A stretch of DNA of 38,342 nucleotides from positions 1 to 38,342 of the IMG/VR virus record IMGVR_UViG_3300029183_000012; one strand, written 5' to 3'. This stretch comes from a virus. Lineage: Duplodnaviria; Caudoviricetes. Position numbers and translations under genes: made by a program. The first letter of the stretch is position 1. Each line of letters begins with the position of its first letter. Under the pieces are notes generated by a model. That model was not told where the DNA came from and did not search any database. It worked only from the letters and a program-made list of their open reading frames with translations. Of this stretch, positions 1 to 8,717 are shown one piece after another.

Positions 1-17
1 GTTTCCCAGTCACGATC
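1..17 (+). other. Amplification primer tag (GTTTCCCAGTCACGATC), technical sequence
   Basis: Matches the tag of the Round A/B random-primed amplification primer used in virome preparation. Its exact reverse complement forms the last 17 nt of the window. Confidence 0.9.
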
Positions 18-64
18 GCTGTACGCGCGATCGCCATTAGGTACCATACGTCTAAACCTGACAA

Positions 65-244
65 GCTCACATTCCTCTCAAGTTTTGAAGTTAATAACGT
101 CTTACCTGTAAAAATTTTTGCGCTCACATTCCTCTCAAGTTTTAAAGTTGACGACACCTGATCTGTAAAAATTTTTGCGTTCTAATTCCTCTCAAATCTG
201 AAAAATTTTTGCATCCAAAACAGTCAAAACTGAAAAAATTTCTG
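65..244. repeat. AT-rich imperfect tandem repeat, 57-bp period, decaying rightwards
   Basis: ATTCCTCTCAA at 71, 128 and 185. CTG(T)AAAAATTTTTGC at 106, 163 and 198, with a degenerate copy at 230. Confidence 0.85.
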
Positions 245-309
245 TATTAAAAAGCTTCAAAGTTTCCTTCCCCTCTCTTCTAAAAACACCCACTTTTTAA
301 GCAACAAAC

Positions 310-340
310 TTGACACAGAGCATCAGTTATGCATTGATGC
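310..340 (+). promoter_or_regulatory. Possible sigma70-type promoter with overlapping inverted repeat
   Basis: Perfect TTGACA at 310-315, but only a weak -10. GCATCA-N9-TGATGC inverted repeat at 320-340, upstream of the first ORF. Confidence 0.35.
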
Positions 341-380
341 ACACGATCTCTCCTGAATCCCCCTACAAAAAGGTTCTCAA

Positions 381-2732
381 ATGCTGAATTTGAAACGCTT
401 TTCCAGCGCGCTGTTGCTCTTATTTATCGCCAGCGCAGGCGCAGATATTCGGTTTATACAAACCGGTTCGTTAGGTTGGGAATGCGTTGAAGTTGTCAAC
501 GGCAGCGACATTCACGTTTCATGGCACAACGCGCAACATAAGGCCGTTGAGTGCGCGGTCAATGAGCAGCTTGAGAATCCGAATAAGGAGTATCAGGCGA
601 AGTCGACCGAGCGAATCCGGTTAGAAATTATTCGCGATGCCAATGGTCAAGGGTTGTTAGGTAACGGTGATGATCCTACGCCTTCTGCAAATTCAGCACC
701 TTTCTGGACGTCGACACCTGACCCTACTTGCGAAGCCGGCGTTGCCAGCACTTACGATCTAGATCAACACACGTCTGATCCGGACGGCGACTCGTTAACG
801 TATGCGTTGAACGGCGGATCAACGACGCTGCCGACAGGTGTGACGCTTAGTGGTTCGGACATTGTGTGCGGAGTCGGCACGTCGATAGGATCAACATCAG
901 GTGTGATCATCGATGTGGATGACGGCACTGCGGCAGCTGTAGCATCGAGTGCGTTTACGATCGACGTCACTGATTCTGGTGAAGAAGCGGCCGACTTTAC
1001 GATCTGTGACTCAGGTTGCGACTACACGTTAATTCAAGATGCGTACGACTCGGAAGCAGCACCCGGTGTCATCTTTGAGTTGCGTTCAACACCGGCAGGA
1101 ACGACGGATACGTGGGACCAGGACGATTGGGACTTAGGAACGATCGACGGTACGTACAACAACCCGATCACGTTTCGAGTACGTTCGGGTGACACCATTG
1201 TCTTCACGTCGACTAACGAAACGAGTCATGAGGACATCATTGAATTTGATGATGCACACTATTTCATTATTAAAAGTGATCCCGATGGATTGCAACTAGG
1301 GCGGGACGAAACACTCAACGGTTGGATATATGGAACAGGTGCAAGTCAAGGACGGTTTGGAGTTGAGCATAGACGCTGGTTACACAGCAATAACGACCCT
1401 TCGAGTCACATCATATTTGACGGCGTTCGGGTGTACGGCGGGTCTTCTTTTGATTCCGGTTGGATCGACAACGACGCTAGTCACTTTGGGTTTTTTAACT
1501 GCGAGGTATCGCACTCTGGTGTAAACGGTGGTGACGAAGCGCCGGATCGCGGCGGGAATAATTTAACACTCAGAGCGAATAACTCCATTGTGCAGGGGTG
1601 TTTCTTTCAATTTGGCGGTCATGACAATTTGCACTTGGAAAGTCCGTATCAAGTTGCCAGGAAGAACATCTTAGACGGTAGTTGGGTGCAATACGACTCG
1701 ACAGCGCCAGGTCGCGGCAATCGCGCATTTACGATGGAGGGTAGTAAAGGTCAATCACCGCACGGGCCGAATCTAGTTGAAAAAAACGTTATTCGGTTCG
1801 CTGAATCGGATTTGAATAACGATGCACAAGCCTGCGGTAAATTTTCAGGACGTCGCAACGTTGTCCGATTGAATTACTTGTACGACTGTGTCGACGGAGA
1901 AGTTTATTCCATAAGTGTGCTGCGTGAAGTCGGTGTTGCAGCAACTAACGAGATACAGATTTACAACAATACCGAAGTCGGCAATCAGATGGTGTTGGAG
2001 TCGACTGACATCAATTTGGGCTCTGATGCCGACAATAATTACTTTGGTTGGAAGTATTTCAACAACATTGCGACTGACATTAAGTCTGAAGGGTCGCAGT
2101 TTGACGGATCGCACGTTCGGGTCATTCGTTCAAACTCATCGTCGTCGCAATTTTCAAACGCTTGGCGTGACTCTTTGTACACAAACAACATCTTTTCGAT
2201 GGCGTCAGGTACGTTCCGAACACGATTGACAGGAGATGCAGGTTCGACGGAAGACGGTATTGCAGCTATTGAAGCGGAGTGGACTGTTCAATGGTCAGAC
2301 AATACAGGCACGGGACCAACCTTTGTCAGTGCAGGATCGAGATCGAGCAACGATTACAACACCATAGTCGCATCGTTTGAACTGGATACCGGTTCAGCCG
2401 GTATCGGTGCTGGAGACCCTCATACGTTAGCGAATGGGGCCGGTACAGCGTCGTCTTTGATGACCGTAGACAATGCGTTTCCGTTTGTCGTGTTGTCAGA
2501 CCCGGACACGTACGACATGCAGTGGTTCATCGACATGGGCTACGACGTGCCGACAGGCGACTGCGTATACGTCGATACGTGGGCCGCACCGGTACGATTG
2601 ACCGACATTAACTACAACACGAAGCAGTTGGTGTTGGCGTCACCGCAGACGTGGTCAAACAATGATCAGGTGTTCTTAGCCGATCCTGACGACTGTACAA
2701 CGGTGGTAGATAATCAAGGAGCGCATCAATAA
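381..2732 (+). CDS. Secreted protein with cadherin/Ig-like domain and right-handed beta-helix (depolymerase/adhesin-like)
   Basis: Signal peptide MLNLKRFSSALLLLFIASAGA. NSAP..SDPDGDSLTYAL..LPTGVTL cadherin/Ig-like motif. Asn-rich beta-helix-type region. 12 Cys. Confidence 0.75.
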   Translation: MLNLKRFSSALLLLFIASAGADIRFIQTGSLGWECVEVVNGSDIHVSWHNAQHKAVECAVNEQLENPNKEYQAKSTERIRLEIIRDANGQGLLGNGDDPTPSANSAPFWTSTPDPTCEAGVASTYDLDQHTSDPDGDSLTYALNGGSTTLPTGVTLSGSDIVCGVGTSIGSTSGVIIDVDDGTAAAVASSAFTIDVTDSGEEAADFTICDSGCDYTLIQDAYDSEAAPGVIFELRSTPAGTTDTWDQDDWDLGTIDGTYNNPITFRVRSGDTIVFTSTNETSHEDIIEFDDAHYFIIKSDPDGLQLGRDETLNGWIYGTGASQGRFGVEHRRWLHSNNDPSSHIIFDGVRVYGGSSFDSGWIDNDASHFGFFNCEVSHSGVNGGDEAPDRGGNNLTLRANNSIVQGCFFQFGGHDNLHLESPYQVARKNILDGSWVQYDSTAPGRGNRAFTMEGSKGQSPHGPNLVEKNVIRFAESDLNNDAQACGKFSGRRNVVRLNYLYDCVDGEVYSISVLREVGVAATNEIQIYNNTEVGNQMVLESTDINLGSDADNNYFGWKYFNNIATDIKSEGSQFDGSHVRVIRSNSSSSQFSNAWRDSLYTNNIFSMASGTFRTRLTGDAGSTEDGIAAIEAEWTVQWSDNTGTGPTFVSAGSRSSNDYNTIVASFELDTGSAGIGAGDPHTLANGAGTASSLMTVDNAFPFVVLSDPDTYDMQWFIDMGYDVPTGDCVYVDTWAAPVRLTDINYNTKQLVLASPQTWSNNDQVFLADPDDCTTVVDNQGAHQ

Positions 2733-4012
2733 TGCGTCAGTGGTTGATTGCGCTAGCGCTAGCACTGACAACGGTCGCAGTAAGTCACGCGCAAACACTT
2801 CGCGTTGAGTCGTTCACGTTACCGGCGACCGCGACGACGGTTGACGTGACGTGGTCGGGCGCTGGCACACCGGACGGTGTGTTGGTGTTTGGCGGGTATG
2901 CGACGGCGAACGATACGACAACGGCAGACGCAGGGTTGTCGTGCGGTATGAGTGATTTTTCGCAAGTCGCCGCGCATCACGTCAATGCGGAGGACGATCA
3001 AGGAACGACCGACGCTAATACAGCCCATGTCGAAGACGCTGTCCACTTGATCACGACTCCAGGTCTTAATTCTGAACTGGCGACGTTAACTGTTGCGACG
3101 ATCACAGACGGTGTACGATTCACACGCGGCGAGAGTGGTACGCAGTACATAGCGATGGCAGTAGGTGTTTTTGCTGATGATTTTCAAGTCTTTAGTAGCG
3201 GTGACACAACGACAGCAGACAGTACGTTTAACATTGCTCATAGTTTCGGTGTCTCTCCAGAAGCAGGCATCTATTGCTATGCACAGGCCAATGAGAGTGA
3301 AAGTGCGGCTGCTCGATTAAGCATTGGGATGCATTCAGGCGGTGCATCGTTCGAGCAAGCAGCGTTTTCTTTTACGTTCGGCAATAATGATGCGGATGGT
3401 GAAGAACATGCCCAAGTTCGCAATGATCGAGTAGGATTCGTTACAAACTTCGGCGGTGGCGGTGAATCAACCGGATTTGAACTGACGACGAATGGCAGTT
3501 CGCTGGTCACTTTCACGGCACGATCAGGTGTCGCAAGCGGTGATCTGGTAGGCGGGTTTTTTCACCTACCCACAGTTGACACGGACATCATTTTGATTGA
3601 TTCGCCCGATGCGACAGGTGCGTGGGCAGAGAGTGGATTTGCTTTTGAGCCGGGTTCGATATTCGGCGTCATAAACCAAATGACCACGGTAAATACAGCA
3701 GTTACAGACAATGCAGCCGCCGGCACGGCTAGCGTCTTTGCTACTGATTTTACTACAGAGCGTTCTGCAAGTATCATGGATGAAAATGGCGTGACGCCTT
3801 CCGACGCGGCTTCGCGATTGTCTACCGAACTTTGGCTGGGTGATGACGATCAAACTGAAAGCTATGCGTGTAACGGGCTTTCGGCGGAAAGTGACGGTTG
3901 GAGTGCTACCTGTGATAGCGCCAACGGCACGACGCATCTTTGGCCTTTTCTGGCTTTTGAGCAGAACGATAACATCGCCGTGCTCTACGACTACTACCTA
4001 AGAGATCGTTGA
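2732..4012 (+). CDS. Secreted acidic beta-rich protein with apparent threefold internal repeat
   Basis: Signal peptide MRQWLIALALALTTVAVSHA. Repeat-like segments GAGTPDGVLVFG / SFGVSPEAGIYC / SGFAFEPGSIFG. C-terminal tail IAVLYDYYLRDR. TAATG coupling to the previous gene. Confidence 0.7.
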   Translation: MRQWLIALALALTTVAVSHAQTLRVESFTLPATATTVDVTWSGAGTPDGVLVFGGYATANDTTTADAGLSCGMSDFSQVAAHHVNAEDDQGTTDANTAHVEDAVHLITTPGLNSELATLTVATITDGVRFTRGESGTQYIAMAVGVFADDFQVFSSGDTTTADSTFNIAHSFGVSPEAGIYCYAQANESESAAARLSIGMHSGGASFEQAAFSFTFGNNDADGEEHAQVRNDRVGFVTNFGGGGESTGFELTTNGSSLVTFTARSGVASGDLVGGFFHLPTVDTDIILIDSPDATGAWAESGFAFEPGSIFGVINQMTTVNTAVTDNAAAGTASVFATDFTTERSASIMDENGVTPSDAASRLSTELWLGDDDQTESYACNGLSAESDGWSATCDSANGTTHLWPFLAFEQNDNIAVLYDYYLRDR

Positions 4013-4013
4013 T

Positions 4014-5120
4014 ATGAAACGAGTACTGTTTCTAGCGCTTGCACTGTGCGCGCCTTTTATTGCTCAAGCGACAGACTTGCGAGCAGACACGGCGTCTACC
4101 ATCGTCGTCGGCCCTATCGTCAATTCGTCCGGCGTAGCTCAGACAGCTGAAGCCATAACGCAGGCAGATGTGCAGTTGTGGAAAGAAGGCGGTACGGTTT
4201 TTGCGCAGAAAAACGAGTCAACGTCTTGCACCCATCGATTAGACGGGTTTTATACATGCCCAATCAATGCGACCGATACGGACACAGAAGGTGTCCTAGT
4301 TATACAAGTTGCTGAAGGATCAAACTTGATATGGCGAGGGAACTATAGAGTTGTCGCGGCTGACTTCTACGATGCGACCTATGTCGATGGCGATCTCATT
4401 AACAATTTCGACGTCGGAGTCCTTCGAGAAGATACGATCGCTACGGTCACATCTCAAACGGAATACGATCTGACAACGACGATTGTCACCGATGATAACT
4501 GGCTTAATTTGATAATTACGATTCAAGATGTCAGTTCAGGTGAAGTCGTCACTCGTTATGTAACCGACGTAGATCAAGCCAATGATCGGGTCACGATCAA
4601 CACGGCACCACCTTTTACGGTTGCCGTTAACGACGTAGTCAGAATTAAAGATTCCGTTCATCCCGTTGCTGCATCAACATCTTACGGCGCGGCAACGTCT
4701 ACTCAATTAACAAACAGTGAAAATTCTATCGAAGACACGGTAGTCGGCGTCGGTCAGTTGCTAGCGCGATCGGATGCTGCAATTAAAGCGGATCGATCGT
4801 CATTGTTGGCGTTGATCAATAACGACGAAGGAACGGGTGCAGGTGACTACGATAACGAAACAGATTCGTTAGAAGTTGCGCCGACGACAACGCGTGACGC
4901 TATTATGCGGTATACGTTGGAAACGGGAATTGAGTTTGAAGAATTCGCCTGTCATGCGATGGCTATCTTGCTAGGAGAATCTGATTACACGTCAGGTACC
5001 GGCACGGCCGTATTTCAAGACCCTAACGGCACAAACAATCGAGTGACTGTAGTGTACGGGACAGACAATGGTGATCGAACGACGATCACTTTGAACGTTG
5101 CAAACTGCGGAAGTAACTAA
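4014..5120 (+). CDS. Secreted fibre/hub-like protein, paralogue of 8714-10510 at the C-terminus
   Basis: Signal peptide MKRVLFLALALCAPFIAQA. C-terminal FQDPNGTNNRVTVVYGTDNGDRT aligns with ADPSGGETRFTLIYGTDLDGDRT. Confidence 0.7.
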   Translation: MKRVLFLALALCAPFIAQATDLRADTASTIVVGPIVNSSGVAQTAEAITQADVQLWKEGGTVFAQKNESTSCTHRLDGFYTCPINATDTDTEGVLVIQVAEGSNLIWRGNYRVVAADFYDATYVDGDLINNFDVGVLREDTIATVTSQTEYDLTTTIVTDDNWLNLIITIQDVSSGEVVTRYVTDVDQANDRVTINTAPPFTVAVNDVVRIKDSVHPVAASTSYGAATSTQLTNSENSIEDTVVGVGQLLARSDAAIKADRSSLLALINNDEGTGAGDYDNETDSLEVAPTTTRDAIMRYTLETGIEFEEFACHAMAILLGESDYTSGTGTAVFQDPNGTNNRVTVVYGTDNGDRTTITLNVANCGSN

Positions 5121-7372
5121 TGTTTGAAAAATTTCAGAAAGCAGTTTTGGCCGTTTTGACGGTGCTGTGCGCGTCTGTTGTGTTGGCGCAAATCGATTCG
5201 ATTCGTCAGTCACCTTACGACTATGCGTGCTATGGGCCGACCGGGTTGATTTCCGGTCATCAGCGATACGATAAAGCGCAGGCGAAATGTGTCAGTGAAA
5301 AAGTAGGTGATCCCAGCGGGGATTACGAGGTAAGGGGTGGCGCCTGGAGTATCGTTTTTAGCGATGCATTTGCGCAGTCGCTCCACACCATCGTCCCCCC
5401 AGTAGGCGTTACGGGCCTCACCTCCGGTAATGAGCTGGGCATCTTCACGGATCGTCAGGACGATCCTAGAAACCAGCTCCATGTCGATGAAGCGGAGATT
5501 TACGGCGCCGACACGGTGCCTGATGCGTTTGAAGGGTGTCTTGCGATCTACACCGAGAACGCGGATCGCGGCGATTCTAGTGCCAGCTTAGTCACCTTCA
5601 CGCCCACCCAGCCTATTCAGGCGTGCGTTTGGCATCTGGATGACATCTCACTCAAGCCGACGTGGCTGGCCAGCGAGGGCTTTACCGACTACGGCTACAG
5701 TCTGATTCGTGGTTCGGGCGCGTCACAGCAGACGGCTACAGCCTATTGCGACACGCCCTCGAATGCCGCTCGAACGCTAGGCGGCAATCGTCACACGACC
5801 GATGACGGCGTACTCACCGAAGAGAACTACACCGTCTCGTTGTGTCCGGCATGGCGTGCAGTGGTTTCGGTAGCGCCACCGTCAAGTAATGCCGGGGAAT
5901 ACACCTTCGGTGTGGCGTCTTACCAGGTTGATGAGGGTGGAACGAGAGAGTCGGGGTTAGCGATTCGAGCAAACGGTTCTGATGGAGCGGCATCTGTCCA
6001 GTCTCGGGACGCACAAACAGGGTCATGCGTTGAGCCAGACGACTACACCATCGTTACCGATCCGCAAACGAATAGTTGGGGTGACGGAGAGAGCGGCGCA
6101 AAAGCGCACTTTCAGATCGTTGCGGGCGGTGTTGATGGCCAGGTAGACGGCGATTGCACGGTCGATTTTGAGTTCAATGATGCTAGCGCGACTGGCGGCA
6201 TCGTTCCTGGTGCGATCACGACCCACACGGTCACGATTCGCGATGTCACGTCACCCTCAAATGCCGACTACTTCGTCTCACCGTCAGGGAATGATAGTAA
6301 TAACGGCACTTCGACCTTAACGCCTTGGGCGACCTGTCAGCACGCTGCGAATAACGTCAGTGCAGGCGATGTCGTTCAGTTTAGGGGCGGTGTTTACTCG
6401 AACACTTACAACTGCACGCTGAGTGCGAACGGCACGTCGGGCAATCGTATCGTCTTCGAGAACTACCCCGGCGAGACGCCTATTCTGGACGCCTCACACC
6501 TACCTCAGGTGTATGCGACGCGCTGGAGCAGCGCGGTCGGGATTCTGAGAGTGACGGGTGATTTCGTCACAGTGCAGGGGCTAGAGATACGCGAGTCACC
6601 TAACTTCGGCATCCGCTGGTCGGGCGATGACGGCATCATCGACAACAATCACGTCCACGACACGATGCTGACCGGCATAGGCATTGACCGAAATGCCAAT
6701 GCCAAGCGACCTCAAGTCAGCAACAACCTCGTTCACGATGCGTTCGACGATGACGGTGCTGGTGGTGGTGGCGGCGATGCCGATTGCATCAGCTTCTTCG
6801 GGACGGGTGGTGGTGCGCTCGGTAGTGACGGCATCTTCGAAGATAACGAGATGTACAACTGCTCGGACGACGGTATCGACGTGTTTCAGTCGAACAACAA
6901 CATCATCCGCTACAACAAGATTTACGACATTGGTCTCAACAACGGCAACGGCAACGGCATCAAAGCGGGACCGGGTGTCAACTTCCAGTCAGACAATCTG
7001 ATCTACGGCAACACGGTCGAGAACTGCACGACCGGCGGCTACGATGACAATCTGGGCCAAGGCAACGAGTATTACAACAACACGGCCGTAGATTGCGCCA
7101 ACAACTACCGCGTCAATTCCAATTCGACGCTGCAAAACAACCTGTGCTTTACCGGTACGTGTTCTTACAGCTTTGGATCGTTCAATAGCTGGAATTTAGG
7201 CACCGGAAACCCGCTGTTTGTGAGCACCGATTCGGCGAATGCGAACTACCTTCGCTTAACGGAGTGCACCAGCCCCGCCATTGATGTGGGTACAGACGTG
7301 TCGAGCGAGACCGGCGCGTCATCGAACGGTGATGCCTTTGACCTTGGCGCTTTTGAGACCACCTGTCCGTGA
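5120..7372 (+). CDS. Secreted multidomain protein: Calx-beta-like domain plus DUF1565/PL9-like beta-helix polysaccharide lyase
   Basis: Signal peptide ending VVLA. Calx-beta-like AGEYTFGVASYQVDEGG...WGDGESGAK. DYFVSPSGNDSNNGT..PWAT. SDDGID...GNGNGIKAG resembles the PL9 active-site motifs. C-terminal SPAIDVG..DLGAFE. Confidence 0.75.
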   Translation: MFEKFQKAVLAVLTVLCASVVLAQIDSIRQSPYDYACYGPTGLISGHQRYDKAQAKCVSEKVGDPSGDYEVRGGAWSIVFSDAFAQSLHTIVPPVGVTGLTSGNELGIFTDRQDDPRNQLHVDEAEIYGADTVPDAFEGCLAIYTENADRGDSSASLVTFTPTQPIQACVWHLDDISLKPTWLASEGFTDYGYSLIRGSGASQQTATAYCDTPSNAARTLGGNRHTTDDGVLTEENYTVSLCPAWRAVVSVAPPSSNAGEYTFGVASYQVDEGGTRESGLAIRANGSDGAASVQSRDAQTGSCVEPDDYTIVTDPQTNSWGDGESGAKAHFQIVAGGVDGQVDGDCTVDFEFNDASATGGIVPGAITTHTVTIRDVTSPSNADYFVSPSGNDSNNGTSTLTPWATCQHAANNVSAGDVVQFRGGVYSNTYNCTLSANGTSGNRIVFENYPGETPILDASHLPQVYATRWSSAVGILRVTGDFVTVQGLEIRESPNFGIRWSGDDGIIDNNHVHDTMLTGIGIDRNANAKRPQVSNNLVHDAFDDDGAGGGGGDADCISFFGTGGGALGSDGIFEDNEMYNCSDDGIDVFQSNNNIIRYNKIYDIGLNNGNGNGIKAGPGVNFQSDNLIYGNTVENCTTGGYDDNLGQGNEYYNNTAVDCANNYRVNSNSTLQNNLCFTGTCSYSFGSFNSWNLGTGNPLFVSTDSANANYLRLTECTSPAIDVGTDVSSETGASSNGDAFDLGAFETTCP

Positions 7373-7393
7373 CAGAAAACTAGGAGATTACAA

Positions 7394-7864
7394 ATGGCTA
7401 TTGGCACAGACAGTGCTATTCATTTTTTCGGTACAGAGGACGAGGTGACGGTGGCCTCGCCGGGTGCGGTCAACGCCGGGGCGTTTAGCGTAACCGGAGA
7501 TGTCAACGACTGGACCAATGACGATGATGCGCCGATGGCGGTGTTTAAGCTAAAACTAACAGCCGCTGGGTTGTCAGCCGCGCCCACGGCCGGTGAGCTG
7601 GTGTCGCTGTATTGCCGCCATATGGACGTGGAAGGAACCGAGGACACGCCGGTCCCTGATGCGAATTACCCGCATACTTACCTCGGGTCGTTTATTGTCG
7701 ATGCGGTCGACGCCGATCAGGTTCACATCCTGACGGCTGAGCTTCCCAACTACGAAACCTCTCAGGTGTACGAGTTTTTCATAGAGAACAACATGACGCC
7801 GAATATTGCGTCTAGCGGTTGGGAGCTTTGGGTGACGCCACGAACTGTTGGGCCTCGTGGCTAA
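7394..7864 (+). CDS. Phage structural-type hypothetical protein (beta-sandwich-like, no signal peptide)
   Basis: AGGAG RBS upstream. 156 aa, acidic and beta-rich. Overlaps the following LamG gene. Confidence 0.7.
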   Translation: MAIGTDSAIHFFGTEDEVTVASPGAVNAGAFSVTGDVNDWTNDDDAPMAVFKLKLTAAGLSAAPTAGELVSLYCRHMDVEGTEDTPVPDANYPHTYLGSFIVDAVDADQVHILTAELPNYETSQVYEFFIENNMTPNIASSGWELWVTPRTVGPRG

Positions 7865-8717
7865 CGTTCTCTCCGTACCTAGGACGGCGGGCCTACAGCC
7901 GGGCCCGGGTACGCCTATCGCTATCTCGCATCCTTTGCGTAGAGGGCTTGCTGCGGCGTTCAACGGCGCGGATGGAGCGGCTCCCGGTCACCCTATTTAC
8001 GATCCGGTCGTGAACGGATATTCGGGCGGGTACGTTCATTCGTCCGCCGATAGATCGAAAAAAGTCCTATCTCGGGGGATCGTCGAGCACCACAATCCGG
8101 ACGGGGCGGGCACCAACGATATTTTGATTTGGCTGCCTACCGCAAAGCACAACTTCCTAGCGACGAATAATTGGTCTTTCTTTTGCTTTGTGCGAATGGA
8201 CTCGGGCAAGGGTAGTGGCAGCGAACATACCTTGGTTTCAACCTGGCAAGGAAATCAAAATAACAGTAATTACCAGGCTGATCCGTCTGGAGCCGATCTA
8301 GACGATGGGGAGTGGCATAGTGTTGGCGCGACCTGGAACGATGGAAATAAGACGGTCTCGATCTATGAGGACGGACAGTTTTCCTCATCCAGCGTCATTA
8401 GTGCCACTCACGAGGATCAGTTTTTGTTGCGGTACGAGCCCTCGGACGACTCGCAAGAGTTTTTCTTATCGACAGAGTCCGCCAACCCCAAAAGAGACCT
8501 TCATCTCGGTTCGACCGATGGGTACACAACGGACAATTTATCGGGCGGCATTGGGTCGGCTTACATGTGGAGTGAGCGAATATTGCAAGAGCGAGAAATG
8601 CTCGCTTTGCACAATAACCCCTGGTGGCCTTTTAGAGGTCCGACCGATACGGGGTCGAACATAATTACTGGTGCCGGTGCAGCCGTGAGTGCGCTTTTAT
8701 TGAGGCGAAGACGATGA
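7857..8717 (+). CDS. LamG/concanavalin A-like lectin domain protein
   Basis: WSFFCFVR...DLDDGEWHSVGATW...IYEDG...LHLG...GGIGSAYMWSERIL is the LamG pattern. GTG at 7857 is the likely start (the ORF track uses TTG 7848). Tail ALLLRRRR. Confidence 0.8.
   Translation: MANVLSVPRTAGLQPGPGTPIAISHPLRRGLAAAFNGADGAAPGHPIYDPVVNGYSGGYVHSSADRSKKVLSRGIVEHHNPDGAGTNDILIWLPTAKHNFLATNNWSFFCFVRMDSGKGSGSEHTLVSTWQGNQNNSNYQADPSGADLDDGEWHSVGATWNDGNKTVSIYEDGQFSSSSVISATHEDQFLLRYEPSDDSQEFFLSTESANPKRDLHLGSTDGYTTDNLSGGIGSAYMWSERILQEREMLALHNNPWWPFRGPTDTGSNIITGAGAAVSALLLRRRR

Noticed and set aside
65-212. Mini CRISPR array
   Set aside because: The variable segments are only 13 nt, the repeats decay, and there are no cas genes. 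It is better described as a tandem repeat.
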